DNA of 25,387 bases, taken from a virus. Its lineage: Duplodnaviria; Caudoviricetes. Below, piece after piece: positions 7,204 through 16,439 of the stretch (the stretch's first letter is position 1; each line of letters starts with the position of its first letter). The stretch is from positions 1 to 25,387 of the IMG/VR virus record IMGVR_UViG_3300049205_000073; one strand, 5' to 3'. Below the pieces are notes generated by a model, which was given only the letters and a program-made list of their open reading frames with translations, ran no database searches and was not told the DNA's origin. Made by a program: the position numbers and the translations under genes.

Positions 7204-9710
7204 TACGCAAACCCCTTCTGTGCTTCCACTGTGGGAGGATCATCCTCCTGACCATCCCAGCCGTCGACAGCCGTAATAGCGATGAGTATCGAGCGACAGT
7301 TGAAGTGGTTCGGCGGTCGATACTCGTTCCAGACCGGGGAGTCGGCAGCGTACGTCTTGCCGTTGAGATGCTCACAGATGTCCGTGGTCGAGGAGTCGAG
7401 TACTGCGGCGTATTCGAAAGCAACAACGAAACCAGCCATGTCGGGATCGGTGAACGCATCGTACCGTGCCTCGTTCAATGCTTCGAACGTGTTAGTGCGC
7501 ACGAGTGTATTGAGATACGACGGCACCGATTCCTCGTCGATCCAAAGCTCGTTAAGCGCCTTCTCCACAGCCTCGTCGGTTTCCATGCCTCGCGCTGCGT
7601 CCCTCGAAGTGAGGCCTCGCGCGACGAGGCGATCCCAGATTGTCGCGCGCACCTCGCTTGCGGGCTTGCCGTACTTGATACCATTCTGCAACTCCTGCTG
7701 AATGATACGCCGAGAGTTGTCGGTGATATCTTCAGCCATGCGATGGCCTCTTGCTTCGAAGAAGCCAGCCGCTTTGTCTTTCAACGAAGCCGCCACGATC
7801 CTGCGAGCTCCGGCCTTCGTGCTGTCGAGCGAATTGAGCTCACTCATTGCCGTGCTCGTGCCGAGGTCATACGACTGGCGTAGGAGCATCTTGATTTCAT
7901 CACGTATGCGCGCGGTGTCCAAGCTGCTGAATTCCAGCGCTGCGACATCTGCTTGGTTCTCGTCGAGCAGCGCGGACATCACGTCGTTGTCGCCGAGCAT
8001 GCGCGACGTGCCGCGCGCGATGAGGTTGGCAAGGTGCCCAACGCTGTAGCGCGACACGTCGTCGGTGCGGCGCTCGATGACGCTGAAGTGCACGCGGCTC
8101 GCAGCGCTTTGGAACTGCAGCATCGTCGCCGTGCGCAGCTCGCCGTGCGGAACAGCATCGTCCGGAACCGTCCCTGAACCGGTCGCCTCCGGTGCCGGTG
8201 CCTGACCACGCACTGGCCCTCCGGACGATGCTGCATGCTGGCCGAATATCGAAATGAGCATGGGCAGCACTTTCGCAGATACGATCTCTGCGATGCCCTC
8301 TGCCACCGTCGCGTCGAGCTTCTTGTCGCCGACCGTCGGTTTCTTCTCCGGAGCAGGAGGCAGCGATGCGCCCTTGCCTCCAGGAGTCTGCAGCGGTTTG
8401 CCGTCTGGCCCGAGGCCCACGGGGTCCGGCGCGAGCTTCTGCTTGACCTGTGCAAGTAGCTCGTCGCCCTCTTCGCGCGACGGCATGTTGAGCAGCTCGC
8501 GAAGGAACGCCTCGTCCTTCTCAGTCGGCAGCACCGCTTCTGCGCCGATCATGTCCTTCCAGGTCGTGATGACCCACTTGACATGCTCTTGACTCGCGGG
8601 CTTGAAGGCGAAGACAGGATACTTGCCATCACCCCAGTTCTGATCGCCCAGGTCTCGGAAGAGCTGCTCGTTCACACACTCCGCGACACGGCACGCGTCG
8701 CTGCCGAGCGTCCAGAAGAAGACTTCGAGCTGCGTCTGCGACTGGGCGTACGCGCCTGTTTGACCAGTATGGCTAAGGCCCAAGAGGTTCGGAACGAGGC
8801 GGCTCTTTGCGATCGCGAGATCACAAAACGCGATTGCCTTTTCAAATGCGTCTCCTGATCCCGAGGTCGGGAACACCATTTCCATCTCCACGCCAGGAGG
8901 CAGGATGATGGCGCTGAGTGACTTGATGTTGCGGAGCGCGAGCTCCAGCGACTGGTACTCGGGAGTGTTGGGCTTCGGCGCTGCATCCGTTACTCGCGAG
9001 GCTTTGGCGAATCCGCCAGCCATGCGCTCGGTGAACAAGAGCCAGAGCTTCAGGAGCTGCTCCTTCGCATACCACCAACGATACGCGGCGCGTAGATCGC
9101 TGCGCCCGTACACTACGTCCCACATGGGCTTGTGCACGTAGTGAATCATGCGGTCCATCTCGATGACGACCTCACGACCGCCGGCGCTCAGCTCCTGCTT
9201 GACCTGCTGCAGCTCACCGTACTCATCGGTCCAGAAGCGGAAGGTCACAGGGTCGCGGGTCAGCAGCTTGTTGATACCGACCTGCGACTTACCGTCGACC
9301 TCGATGGTGCCGTAGACCTTCTCGGTCATCGAGAACCCGTACTCTGCGCCGATGGCGATGCCCTCGATGCCGTCGCTGAAGGAGCCCTTGAGCTTCTTGC
9401 AGACACTCTCGAAAACCTTGATGCGAGCCTTTTGCTCCTCCTCGCTGAGGGACGTATCGCCCTTCTCATACGTGAAATGCCAACCTCGGCTCAGCATGGC
9501 GTCGCGCTTGAACTGCGACACTGCCTTGACCTGCTCATCGTTGAGCATGCGCGCGTAGATGCGCAGGCCCTTCATGCCGACGAGGTCATCGGGGTTGTAG
9601 CGCTCGCCACGCCCGACGGTACTGAACAAGTCAGTCGTGTCGAACGTCGTGATCTGGTCCTGCGGCTGCTTCGCGAACGGAGTGTTCAGCGGTTGAACGT
9701 TTGAGGTCAC
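7203..9710 (-). CDS. Portal protein (DUF935/Mu gp29-like) fused to a Mu gpF-like head morphogenesis domain
   Basis: Follows TerL. YGRSDLRAAYRWWYAKE, W.LFTERMAG and GAYAQSQTQ are portal-like. A Pro/Gly linker precedes the C-terminal RTNTFEALNEAR..AVLDSSTTDICEHLNG..PPNHFNCRS (gpF). Confidence 0.85.
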   Translation of the reverse strand: MTSNVQPLNTPFAKQPQDQITTFDTTDLFSTVGRGERYNPDDLVGMKGLRIYARMLNDEQVKAVSQFKRDAMLSRGWHFTYEKGDTSLSEEEQKARIKVFESVCKKLKGSFSDGIEGIAIGAEYGFSMTEKVYGTIEVDGKSQVGINKLLTRDPVTFRFWTDEYGELQQVKQELSAGGREVVIEMDRMIHYVHKPMWDVVYGRSDLRAAYRWWYAKEQLLKLWLLFTERMAGGFAKASRVTDAAPKPNTPEYQSLELALRNIKSLSAIILPPGVEMEMVFPTSGSGDAFEKAIAFCDLAIAKSRLVPNLLGLSHTGQTGAYAQSQTQLEVFFWTLGSDACRVAECVNEQLFRDLGDQNWGDGKYPVFAFKPASQEHVKWVITTWKDMIGAEAVLPTEKDEAFLRELLNMPSREEGDELLAQVKQKLAPDPVGLGPDGKPLQTPGGKGASLPPAPEKKPTVGDKKLDATVAEGIAEIVSAKVLPMLISIFGQHAASSGGPVRGQAPAPEATGSGTVPDDAVPHGELRTATMLQFQSAASRVHFSVIERRTDDVSRYSVGHLANLIARGTSRMLGDNDVMSALLDENQADVAALEFSSLDTARIRDEIKMLLRQSYDLGTSTAMSELNSLDSTKAGARRIVAASLKDKAAGFFEARGHRMAEDITDNSRRIIQQELQNGIKYGKPASEVRATIWDRLVARGLTSRDAARGMETDEAVEKALNELWIDEESVPSYLNTLVRTNTFEALNEARYDAFTDPDMAGFVVAFEYAAVLDSSTTDICEHLNGKTYAADSPVWNEYRPPNHFNCRSILIAITAVDGWDGQEDDPPTVEAQKGFA

Positions 9711-11293
9711 GATAGCATCTCCAGCTCAGAAGTAATGTCGGAGTATATCGGCAAGACGGGAGCGGGCGGAGACACAACGCTCCCCGGCTCGATACTCTGC
9801 ACGATCCCTGCGAACTGCATCACGAAGCTTTCCGCGATGTCGGGCGACGCAATGCCTTCCTTGATCATCGTCGCTTTGGGAATGAGGTCGTCAACGCGCT
9901 CACCGTCGAGACGCGTCTTGATCGAACAGCACTGAGCGTAGAACTCGGTCCACGCTTCGAGCGGGGCAGGGTCGTCGATGAACAAGTCCTCATCGAAGAC
10001 TACCATCTTGTCTCGCAATGCATCACGTGCATTGAAGTGGGATTGCGCGCGCATGTTGCGCCAGCGCTTCGAGTCCGTAGACGCGTCGCCGCCCTTGTGC
10101 ATGAGGACCTTGTGGTTCCTCGCACGAAGCGTTCCGGCTGTGCCGGAGCCCACACCGATGGAGTCCACCACGAAGTCATCCTGACCGGGTCGACCCTGAA
10201 ACTCTACAAATGCCTTCTCGGCTGCATCAGCTGCAAGAATTGGAGCGTCGCCGGCGGGGAAAGAGAAGCGGCGAATACGGAGTACGCGTACGAATGTGTC
10301 GTAGTGTCGGGCGACTGTTACGACCGTTTCACACTCGCCACCGTCGGCGACGTCCACAGACACACGCAACGAGGGCAGCGAGCCATCCGCTGCTCGATCT
10401 CCATCAAGCCTCGCGCGTTCCAACCATTCCTGGTAGATCAGCTGATCTGCGCTGGACCCGGCAAACTCACCGAGGCAGCGCACTTTGAATACAGGACTGG
10501 ACTCGCCGTAGCGTCGGCGCATCTTGTCCACCCAAGCCTTCTCCACGCGAGTCGTCTTCTCGAGGGAGACGTGCACGCGATGATAGTCCTGTTCGAGCTC
10601 CGGCTTCAGGTGCGAGTCCGCAAAGGTGCCGGTCATCTGCGTCGGATTGGAGATCATCACCATGATGAGGATCTTGCCCGTCGACAGTGCGGCCATGATT
10701 ACAGGCCAGAGGGTCTCAGGAACACCGGAGGCCTCGTCCACGAGCACGAGGACATAAGGGTGATGCTTGCCGGCCATGTTTTCTGGATTGGCCGCAGAGT
10801 CCGGCATCAGGCACCAGTCCGGATCTTCGCTCCACTGCACTGAGGTCGCGTTGATCGTGAGCAGCTTGCGATACCACTCCTGCGAGCGCAGTGCGATCTT
10901 GCGGAACTCTGAGAAGAGAAGCGTCGTGGTCTGCTTCAGCTTAGGAGCCGTGGCGAAGATCTTCCCCGGCCAGCAGAAGTTGAAGTAGTGGCTGAGCGCT
11001 GCGATACCGAAGGTCTTGCCCGGACCGTGCATGGAGCGCATCGTGATCTGCGTCTTGCCCTTGTGGTTGACCTTGGTAGGCCAGCCATTGCGGTAGCGCC
11101 ACACGTCGGCCACCGCTTCTAAGAGCTCTGTCTGCCACAGATCTCGACGCCACACGGCATCGACGTCCGTCTCGAGCTGCTTCAGCTGGAGGATCTCAGA
11201 CATGAACCAATCAGGGTCACGCTGAGCCTTGCGCACGAGGGCCATCATGCCCTCCTGCTCCTTGCTGAGCTTCTTTTGCGCGACGGCTTTCAT
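9707..11293 (-). CDS. terL: Terminase large subunit
   Basis: Walker A RSMHGPGKT, Walker B VLVDEASGV, ISNP coupling motif, nuclease SVDVADGG, VVDSIGVG, SPDIAES. Start set at 11293 (TGATG overlap with the upstream gene). Confidence 0.93.
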   Translation of the reverse strand: MKAVAQKKLSKEQEGMMALVRKAQRDPDWFMSEILQLKQLETDVDAVWRRDLWQTELLEAVADVWRYRNGWPTKVNHKGKTQITMRSMHGPGKTFGIAALSHYFNFCWPGKIFATAPKLKQTTTLLFSEFRKIALRSQEWYRKLLTINATSVQWSEDPDWCLMPDSAANPENMAGKHHPYVLVLVDEASGVPETLWPVIMAALSTGKILIMVMISNPTQMTGTFADSHLKPELEQDYHRVHVSLEKTTRVEKAWVDKMRRRYGESSPVFKVRCLGEFAGSSADQLIYQEWLERARLDGDRAADGSLPSLRVSVDVADGGECETVVTVARHYDTFVRVLRIRRFSFPAGDAPILAADAAEKAFVEFQGRPGQDDFVVDSIGVGSGTAGTLRARNHKVLMHKGGDASTDSKRWRNMRAQSHFNARDALRDKMVVFDEDLFIDDPAPLEAWTEFYAQCCSIKTRLDGERVDDLIPKATMIKEGIASPDIAESFVMQFAGIVQSIEPGSVVSPPAPVLPIYSDITSELEMLS

Positions 11294-11598
11294 CAGAACC
11301 CTATAGCTGCGGGATCGATGCGGTTCGGCACGAGGATCCATCCGTGAGCGCGCAGCTCCACGCCGTTGATGGTCATGCGTGAGCGCACGCGATACGCGTA
11401 CTTGCTGAACTGGCTGCGCATCTGGAACACGAACGAAGCGTTGAGCAACGGAACGTCCTGCACCTCGACTATGCGATCAGTGTGGCGCACAGCTCCGAGC
11501 TGCGCAGTCGGCGGCAGATTCTCAAGAAGATGCACGTGGACGGGCGACTCTGGCGGGTTCGCCACGATGCGCATGAAGTTCTTCAGCCAGCGACTCAC
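11293..11598 (-). CDS. Hypothetical protein
   Basis: Translationally coupled on both sides (4-nt and 1-nt overlaps). Confidence 0.65.
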   Translation of the reverse strand: MSRWLKNFMRIVANPPESPVHVHLLENLPPTAQLGAVRHTDRIVEVQDVPLLNASFVFQMRSQFSKYAYRVRSRMTINGVELRAHGWILVPNRIDPAAIGF

Positions 11599-12029
11599 GG
11601 CGCTACGCTCGCTGCTGTGCTCATGAGCAGAGACTCGATGAAGTCCGTGATGAGCAGCTCGGTACTCTGCGGGTCGAGGCCCTGCTTGATCGCGTAGTCC
11701 TCGAGCGCGAGTGAGAACAGGGTCACGAGATCCCGCGCGTCCTGGCGGTCCAGATCGGAGAGCCCCTCAGCACCGTCGATCTCCTTGTACGCCACTTCCT
11801 TCAATGCTGCGAAGGTCACCGACTCTCCGGTCTCTGCAGCAACGCGGAGCTTGGCGAGAATGATCTGCGTGCGCTCGACGTCGTGCGTGCTTAGGAACCT
11901 GCGCATCGCGATGCGCGAGGTCGTTTGCAGCGCCGCTTGCGCTACCGGGCTACTCACTTGCGTGGAAGCGCAGCCGCTCAATCCGCCAAGAATCACGGCG
12001 GTCATCACAGTCGCGTACAAGCTCTTCAT
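11595..12029 (-). CDS. Putative lipoprotein
   Basis: MKSLYATVMTAVILGGLSG-C signal peptide with lipobox; SD GAGGAG; helical mature part. Confidence 0.7.
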   Translation of the reverse strand: MKSLYATVMTAVILGGLSGCASTQVSSPVAQAALQTTSRIAMRRFLSTHDVERTQIILAKLRVAAETGESVTFAALKEVAYKEIDGAEGLSDLDRQDARDLVTLFSLALEDYAIKQGLDPQSTELLITDFIESLLMSTAASVAP

Positions 12030-12039
12030 GTCATCTCCT

Positions 12040-12273
12040 CTACTTGAGAACCCAATCGCCCCAGATCCGCGCCTGCTTAAGCATCTGCTCCTCGAGCATC
12101 ACAGTACAGTCCGTCTTGATGCGGCGTTCCTTGGTTGGAGTAATCTCGGCTGCAGGCGTGCGGGCCGATACCTCCATCTGCGCTACGAACACAGTCACGC
12201 CATTGCGAGTGCGATAGTGCTCGCGCCGAGTGTGCGGCTTCTTCTCGAAGCGCTTTGCTTCACTTGGCTTCAT
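12040..12273 (-). CDS. Hypothetical protein
   Basis: SD GGGAG; overlaps the TerS end; fills the operon gap. Confidence 0.55.
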   Translation of the reverse strand: MKPSEAKRFEKKPHTRREHYRTRNGVTVFVAQMEVSARTPAAEITPTKERRIKTDCTVMLEEQMLKQARIWGDWVLK

Positions 12274-12874
12274 CGGCCACTCCCTTTACAGCAGCAGCGA
12301 AGGCAGCGGCAAGCGAGCCGTCGCTGTTGGTGAGGTTGAGATTCTCTCGGTACTTGCTTGGGCGCTCTGCACGCAGGAGCGTATTCATCAGCGTGTCGCT
12401 GTACTCCTTGAACGTGCTCACGACCTTGCCTTGGTACACGATAGGCTTGTCGATGCCGTCGCGAGCGCGGCGTACTGCCTCCTGCTCGAGGAGGTCGATG
12501 GCGTTCTCGCGCGCCTCCGCCTCCAGCTCCTTGAACAGCTCGTGCTCCTCCAGCTGCTCCTCGGTCCACTCGCGGAACTTACCTTCGCCGCGCCAGACCT
12601 TTACCATGTATGAGCGTGAGATGCGTGCGGCCCTGCACGATGCGCCGATGTTCCCGGTCTTGGCCATCGTGGTGAGGTAGATCGCTTTCTTCTTTGCGAT
12701 CTCTGCCGGAGTAAGCGGCTTGCCGCGCTGAGGGAGTCGAGTGATCGTCGGCTCCTTCGCGCGCGATCCCCCGCTTCCTGTGCGTCGGCTGGGGGATTTC
12801 TCGGAGTGACTCGGAGCTGAACGATCATCACGTCGTGATTTGATCTTCGATCGCTTCGCACTCTTCGACTTCAC
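12260..12874 (-). CDS. terS: Terminase small subunit
   Basis: HTH-like GNIGASCRAARISRS and conserved LEQEAVRRARDGIDKPIVYQG..EYSDTLM..LLRAERPSKYRE; GTG start with GGGAG SD 7 nt upstream. Confidence 0.85.
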   Translation of the reverse strand: MKSKSAKRSKIKSRRDDRSAPSHSEKSPSRRTGSGGSRAKEPTITRLPQRGKPLTPAEIAKKKAIYLTTMAKTGNIGASCRAARISRSYMVKVWRGEGKFREWTEEQLEEHELFKELEAEARENAIDLLEQEAVRRARDGIDKPIVYQGKVVSTFKEYSDTLMNTLLRAERPSKYRENLNLTNSDGSLAAAFAAAVKGVADEAK

Positions 12875-12935
12875 TCATTCGCTCCCGATTTGAACCCGCC
12901 GCTCTGCCCGTTGGCCGGGCTAGTAATTGGGCGGC

Positions 12936-12965
12936 ATGGTAAAGCGCATATATATAGGTGTGCAA
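12936..12965 (-). promoter_or_regulatory. Sigma70-like promoter for the packaging/structural operon
   Basis: TTGCAC-N18-TACCAT followed by GCCGCC on the minus strand, upstream of terS. Confidence 0.55.
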
Positions 12966-13054
12966 GCTTGGCTTACGTGCTGGCCGTAATGCTCGCACTT
13001 GTGAGCAGGGTATGAGCATTCCGCCTCAGGCAAAACATAGGCCCAAAAGAAGAA

Positions 13055-13078
13055 ATGCTCACATGCTCACATGCTCAG
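13055..13078. repeat. Tandem 8-mer ATGCTCAC x3 (third copy ATGCTCAG)
   Basis: atgctcac atgctcac atgctcag next to an AT-rich tract. Confidence 0.9.
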
Positions 13079-13155
13079 ATCATATTTAAGTATATACATG
13101 AGTGCGTACATGTGCGCGCTACGCACGCTCATCACGCATAACTTACCTAATATAA

Positions 13156-13176
13156 TGAAGTATGAAGCTTGAAGCT
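13156..13176. repeat. Tandem 7-mer TGAAG(TA/CT) x3
   Basis: tgaagta tgaagct tgaagct. Confidence 0.8.
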
Positions 13177-13462
13177 ACTGTCGCGATCGGATCGGATCAA
13201 CTTCACTCGCCACGACCCGCAGAGCCTGCGCCCTCCGCTCCCGCGCGCTCACGTGAGGGAGCATCCACATCACCGAGGCCCTTCGCACTCCACTCATGAG
13301 CCTGCCGAGGCGCTGCGAGTCCACGCGATTGAACACTTGGCACAGCGCACGTGTCGCCGCTTGCATGCTGCGCACGTTGCGCGCTGCAACTACACACGTA
13401 GGCGCTACAGCTGCGCACGCCAGGGCCGCAACCACGCTGCCGCTGCAGGAATATTGACCTTT

Positions 13463-13492
13463 TTGCAAAGCCCAGCGCAGCTATGGCACAAT
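13463..13492 (+). promoter_or_regulatory. Sigma70-like promoter upstream of the primase leader
   Basis: TTGCAA-N18-CACAAT followed by GCCGCC; same architecture as the promoters at 16516 and 12965. Confidence 0.55.
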
Positions 13493-13498
13493 GCCGCC

Positions 13499-13726
13499 GT
13501 GTTTTTGGTAGCGGCAACGGGCGCAGTGCAACGGCGCGGCGTTGCAAAGTTTGCGGTAAAGCCTCGGCGCATAGCGGTCGGGGCTTTTGCGTTTCTGGAG
13601 TTCGCGAAGTTTTGGATCGACGACGATCCGAGTCTTCATCAGTGATGCGACTGACGGACGTCTCACGACGTACGTCGTCGCTGCTGCACTCAGCGTTGAT
13701 CGTGGCCCTACCAAAAACACCACGAT
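13499..13726 (+). ncRNA. Candidate structured RNA / 5' leader of the primase-helicase gene
   Basis: 13-bp perfect long-range complement 13499-13511/13708-13720 enclosing several hairpins, some with G-U pairs. Confidence 0.4.
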
Positions 13727-13761
13727 GTTCGTTAGTCGCATCAACTGATGGGGACTCGGAG

Positions 13762-15828
13762 ATGAAAAAGTCGAAAGATCGTAGCAGCGGGAAACGGAAG
13801 TCAAAGGATCATGATGGGCTCATGGAGACGGCGCTTGAAGACCTCAAGCGATCCGGGCTCACGAGCAGGGACTTCGAGAAGCTGGGCCTGGAGCTTCTCA
13901 CTGCCGATGAAACAGATGACTACGTGGGCGAAGCGCGATCCTCCTATAGGATCCCGTACTTCGACCTGCACGGGAAGAAGATCTCGTACTCACGAGTGAG
14001 GTTTCTCGAAACGAAGAAGGGGAAGTTCTCGACTTCCACCGGATCCTTCAGGTACTCACAGCCGGCCAACTCTGCGCCGCACGCCTACTTCCCTCCGTAT
14101 CTGAAGTGGGACAAGATCGCCAAGGACGTGAGCGAGACCATACTCATCACGGAAGGCGAGAAGAAAGCGGCGCTCGCGGCGAAGGAGGGCATTGCATGCT
14201 TGGCCCTCGGTGGAGTCTACGCCTTCAAGAGTACGAAGCGGCTTTGGGATCTCATCCCCGAGCTGCAGCAGATCCAGTGGAAAGGACGCAAGGTCGAGAT
14301 CTGCTTCGACGCCGATGTGATGTGGAAGGCCGAAGTGCGGAACGCGTTGAGCATGCTCGCGTTCACGCTCATGCAGGAGCAAGGGCCGGAGGATATCAGC
14401 TTCGTGTTTCTAGATGCGGAGACAGCTGGCCCCAAGACCGGTCTGGATGACTTCATAAAAGCGAACGGAGTCGACGCGTTCCTCAAGCTGGAACGGCAGA
14501 GCTACATGGCCAGCGAGAAAGTGCAGATCCTCAACAGCAGGGTCTGCTACGTCGAGAACCAGATGCGGTTCTTCGATATACGAGTGGGGAAGTACTACAA
14601 GAACCTATTCCACGTTCGTGAGTCCTTCATGGGCCTCGGTGAGGCGATGGTCGACGGCAAGAAGACCATACCGATCGTGGACGTGTGGGCCAAGAGCGCG
14701 ACCCGCCGCAGCGTGCGGGACGTTGTGTATCAACCCGGTCAGCCCGAGATGATCGACGATCAGGACCTCAACATATGGCAACCTCCAAAGATACAGCCCA
14801 AGAAGGGCACGCCGAAGATGTGGCTCGACTTGTTATTCCACATCATGCGGGAGACCGAGCATGCACAGTGGTTCTTAAAGTGGTTGGCCTACCCTATCCA
14901 AAATCCTGGCGCGAAGTTGTTCCAGGCACCCTTCGTGTACTCGTCTATGCAGGGCACGGGCAAGACTTTCATCGTCGACCCTATTATGGAGTTGATATAC
15001 GGCTCGACGAATTTCTACCGTTTGTCGAACAAGGGGCTTGGCTCGAGTTTCAACGGGTATGCATCCAAACGGCAGTTCGTGGTTACGAACGAGGTCTTCC
15101 TTCCAGACTATCGGGACCGACGCGATGCGATGGGCATGCTGAAGGATATCATCACTCGGGAGACTGTTACGATCAATGAGAAGTTCCAGCCGGAGGTGGA
15201 GTACATCGACTGCTGTAACTACTACTTCACGTCCAACCATGCGGACGCGCTGGCTCTAGAGCCCAACGATCGCCGCTTCTTCGTGATTGAGGGGCCGAAC
15301 GAGCGGCTGAGCAAGTCCACATACGTGGCGATGGACGAGTGGGTACGTAGCGCCGGCGGCGCGGCGCAGATCCTGCACTATCTGCAGAACAACGTAGACG
15401 TGAAGGACTTCGTGCCGAAGGGCGACGCGCCGATGACCAAGTGGAAGAAGCAGATCATCGAGATGACACGGGATCCGCTGGGCGAGTACACCGAACGATT
15501 AATCGAAGACCCGGATCGCATCTTCATGGTCAACGGCGCGAAGCCGGACTTGAGCTTGTTCCGTGCCGAGGATCTGCTGAAGACCTTCGAGCACACGTAC
15601 CCCAAGTACTACATCAACGTGACGGTCAAGCGCTTGGCCGGGATGCTCGCGTCGGACCGACGCATTGAGAGGCGGCGCGTGCGACTGACCGAGGACTCGC
15701 CGCTGATCACGCTCTACGCCATCTTCGACCGCGACAAGTGGAAGGACGCACGGAACAAGGAATGGGCGCAGCATTACGTTGGCCTGTCGAAGCAGTTTGC
15801 GAAGTACCGTCGAGAGAAGTCACACTAG
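13762..15828 (+). CDS. DNA primase (Toprim, DUF3854-like) fused to SF3 helicase (D5/DUF5906-like)
   Basis: ILITEGEKKA, ICFDAD, KTGLDDFI (Toprim); QGTGKT Walker A, VVTNEV Walker B, FTSNH motif C, DRRFFV. Start placed at ATG 13762 rather than 13483. Confidence 0.9.
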   Translation: MKKSKDRSSGKRKSKDHDGLMETALEDLKRSGLTSRDFEKLGLELLTADETDDYVGEARSSYRIPYFDLHGKKISYSRVRFLETKKGKFSTSTGSFRYSQPANSAPHAYFPPYLKWDKIAKDVSETILITEGEKKAALAAKEGIACLALGGVYAFKSTKRLWDLIPELQQIQWKGRKVEICFDADVMWKAEVRNALSMLAFTLMQEQGPEDISFVFLDAETAGPKTGLDDFIKANGVDAFLKLERQSYMASEKVQILNSRVCYVENQMRFFDIRVGKYYKNLFHVRESFMGLGEAMVDGKKTIPIVDVWAKSATRRSVRDVVYQPGQPEMIDDQDLNIWQPPKIQPKKGTPKMWLDLLFHIMRETEHAQWFLKWLAYPIQNPGAKLFQAPFVYSSMQGTGKTFIVDPIMELIYGSTNFYRLSNKGLGSSFNGYASKRQFVVTNEVFLPDYRDRRDAMGMLKDIITRETVTINEKFQPEVEYIDCCNYYFTSNHADALALEPNDRRFFVIEGPNERLSKSTYVAMDEWVRSAGGAAQILHYLQNNVDVKDFVPKGDAPMTKWKKQIIEMTRDPLGEYTERLIEDPDRIFMVNGAKPDLSLFRAEDLLKTFEHTYPKYYINVTVKRLAGMLASDRRIERRRVRLTEDSPLITLYAIFDRDKWKDARNKEWAQHYVGLSKQFAKYRREKSH

Positions 15829-15837
15829 GAGACCGCC

Positions 15838-16056
15838 ATGACCGAGAAGTTACCAGAAGGGTTCGAGATAGTTGATGGAACGATCAAGTTCGACGCCGAA
15901 CGATTCGAAGTCGTGCGCGTCACGCAAGAGGGAGTAGGCGTTGCGGGAGTGAACGACTATGGAGACGTGTGCATGCCGAACACGACGTGGTTCGAAGTGC
16001 GTCAACGCGCAGATTGGAGACCGCGCCAGTTCGTGACAGCAGTTTATTCGGAATAG
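15838..16056 (+). CDS. Hypothetical protein
   Basis: SD AGGAG; follows the primase gene directly. Confidence 0.65.
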   Translation: MTEKLPEGFEIVDGTIKFDAERFEVVRVTQEGVGVAGVNDYGDVCMPNTTWFEVRQRADWRPRQFVTAVYSE

Positions 16057-16066
16057 GGAGATCGCC

Positions 16067-16432
16067 ATGCCAATCTCTAAAGAAGCTATTGAACAAGCCC
16101 GCAGCAACGGCAGGCCGATGAAAGAGGCCGAGCTGCGTGAGTACGCGCGCTGCGCGTGTTGCAATCGCCTCGTCGGCGAGTCCGGCGTGCCGCTGTTCTG
16201 GAAGGTAACTATCGAGCGGTACGGGATGGACGTGCAGGCCATGACGCGACAGAACGCGCTGGCCCGCATAGTTGGTAATCCGCGCATCGCAAACGCGCTA
16301 GGCCCGGATGAAGATATGGCGCACGCGATGATGCCGCCGCACGTTCTTGCGGTCTGCGAAACTTGCGGCGTTGGATCCAATCTGCCGATCGCGGTATTGT
16401 CAGAACTGCCAGGAGTCGTGCTCAAAAAGTAG
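16067..16432 (+). CDS. Hypothetical protein with two CxxC pairs (putative Zn-binding)
   Basis: CACC and CETC; SD GGGAG. Confidence 0.7.
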   Translation: MPISKEAIEQARSNGRPMKEAELREYARCACCNRLVGESGVPLFWKVTIERYGMDVQAMTRQNALARIVGNPRIANALGPDEDMAHAMMPPHVLAVCETCGVGSNLPIAVLSELPGVVLKK

Positions 16433-16439
16433 CCAAACT

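Noticed and set aside
5840-9710. Transposable Mu-like prophage, suggested by Mu-type head genes
   Set aside because: No transposase or host genes are seen, and the phage has its own primase-helicase, ligase and PolA
13169-13645. ORFs 13169-13645 (+), 13175-13468 (-) and 13203-13547 (-) in the divergent gap
   Set aside because: No convincing SD or motifs and non-coding-like composition; left unannotated
13483-13761. 93-codon N-terminal extension of the primase in the ORF track
   Set aside because: No SD, it overlaps the predicted -10 box and has atypical composition; ATG 13762 is preferred, though the extension is not formally excluded
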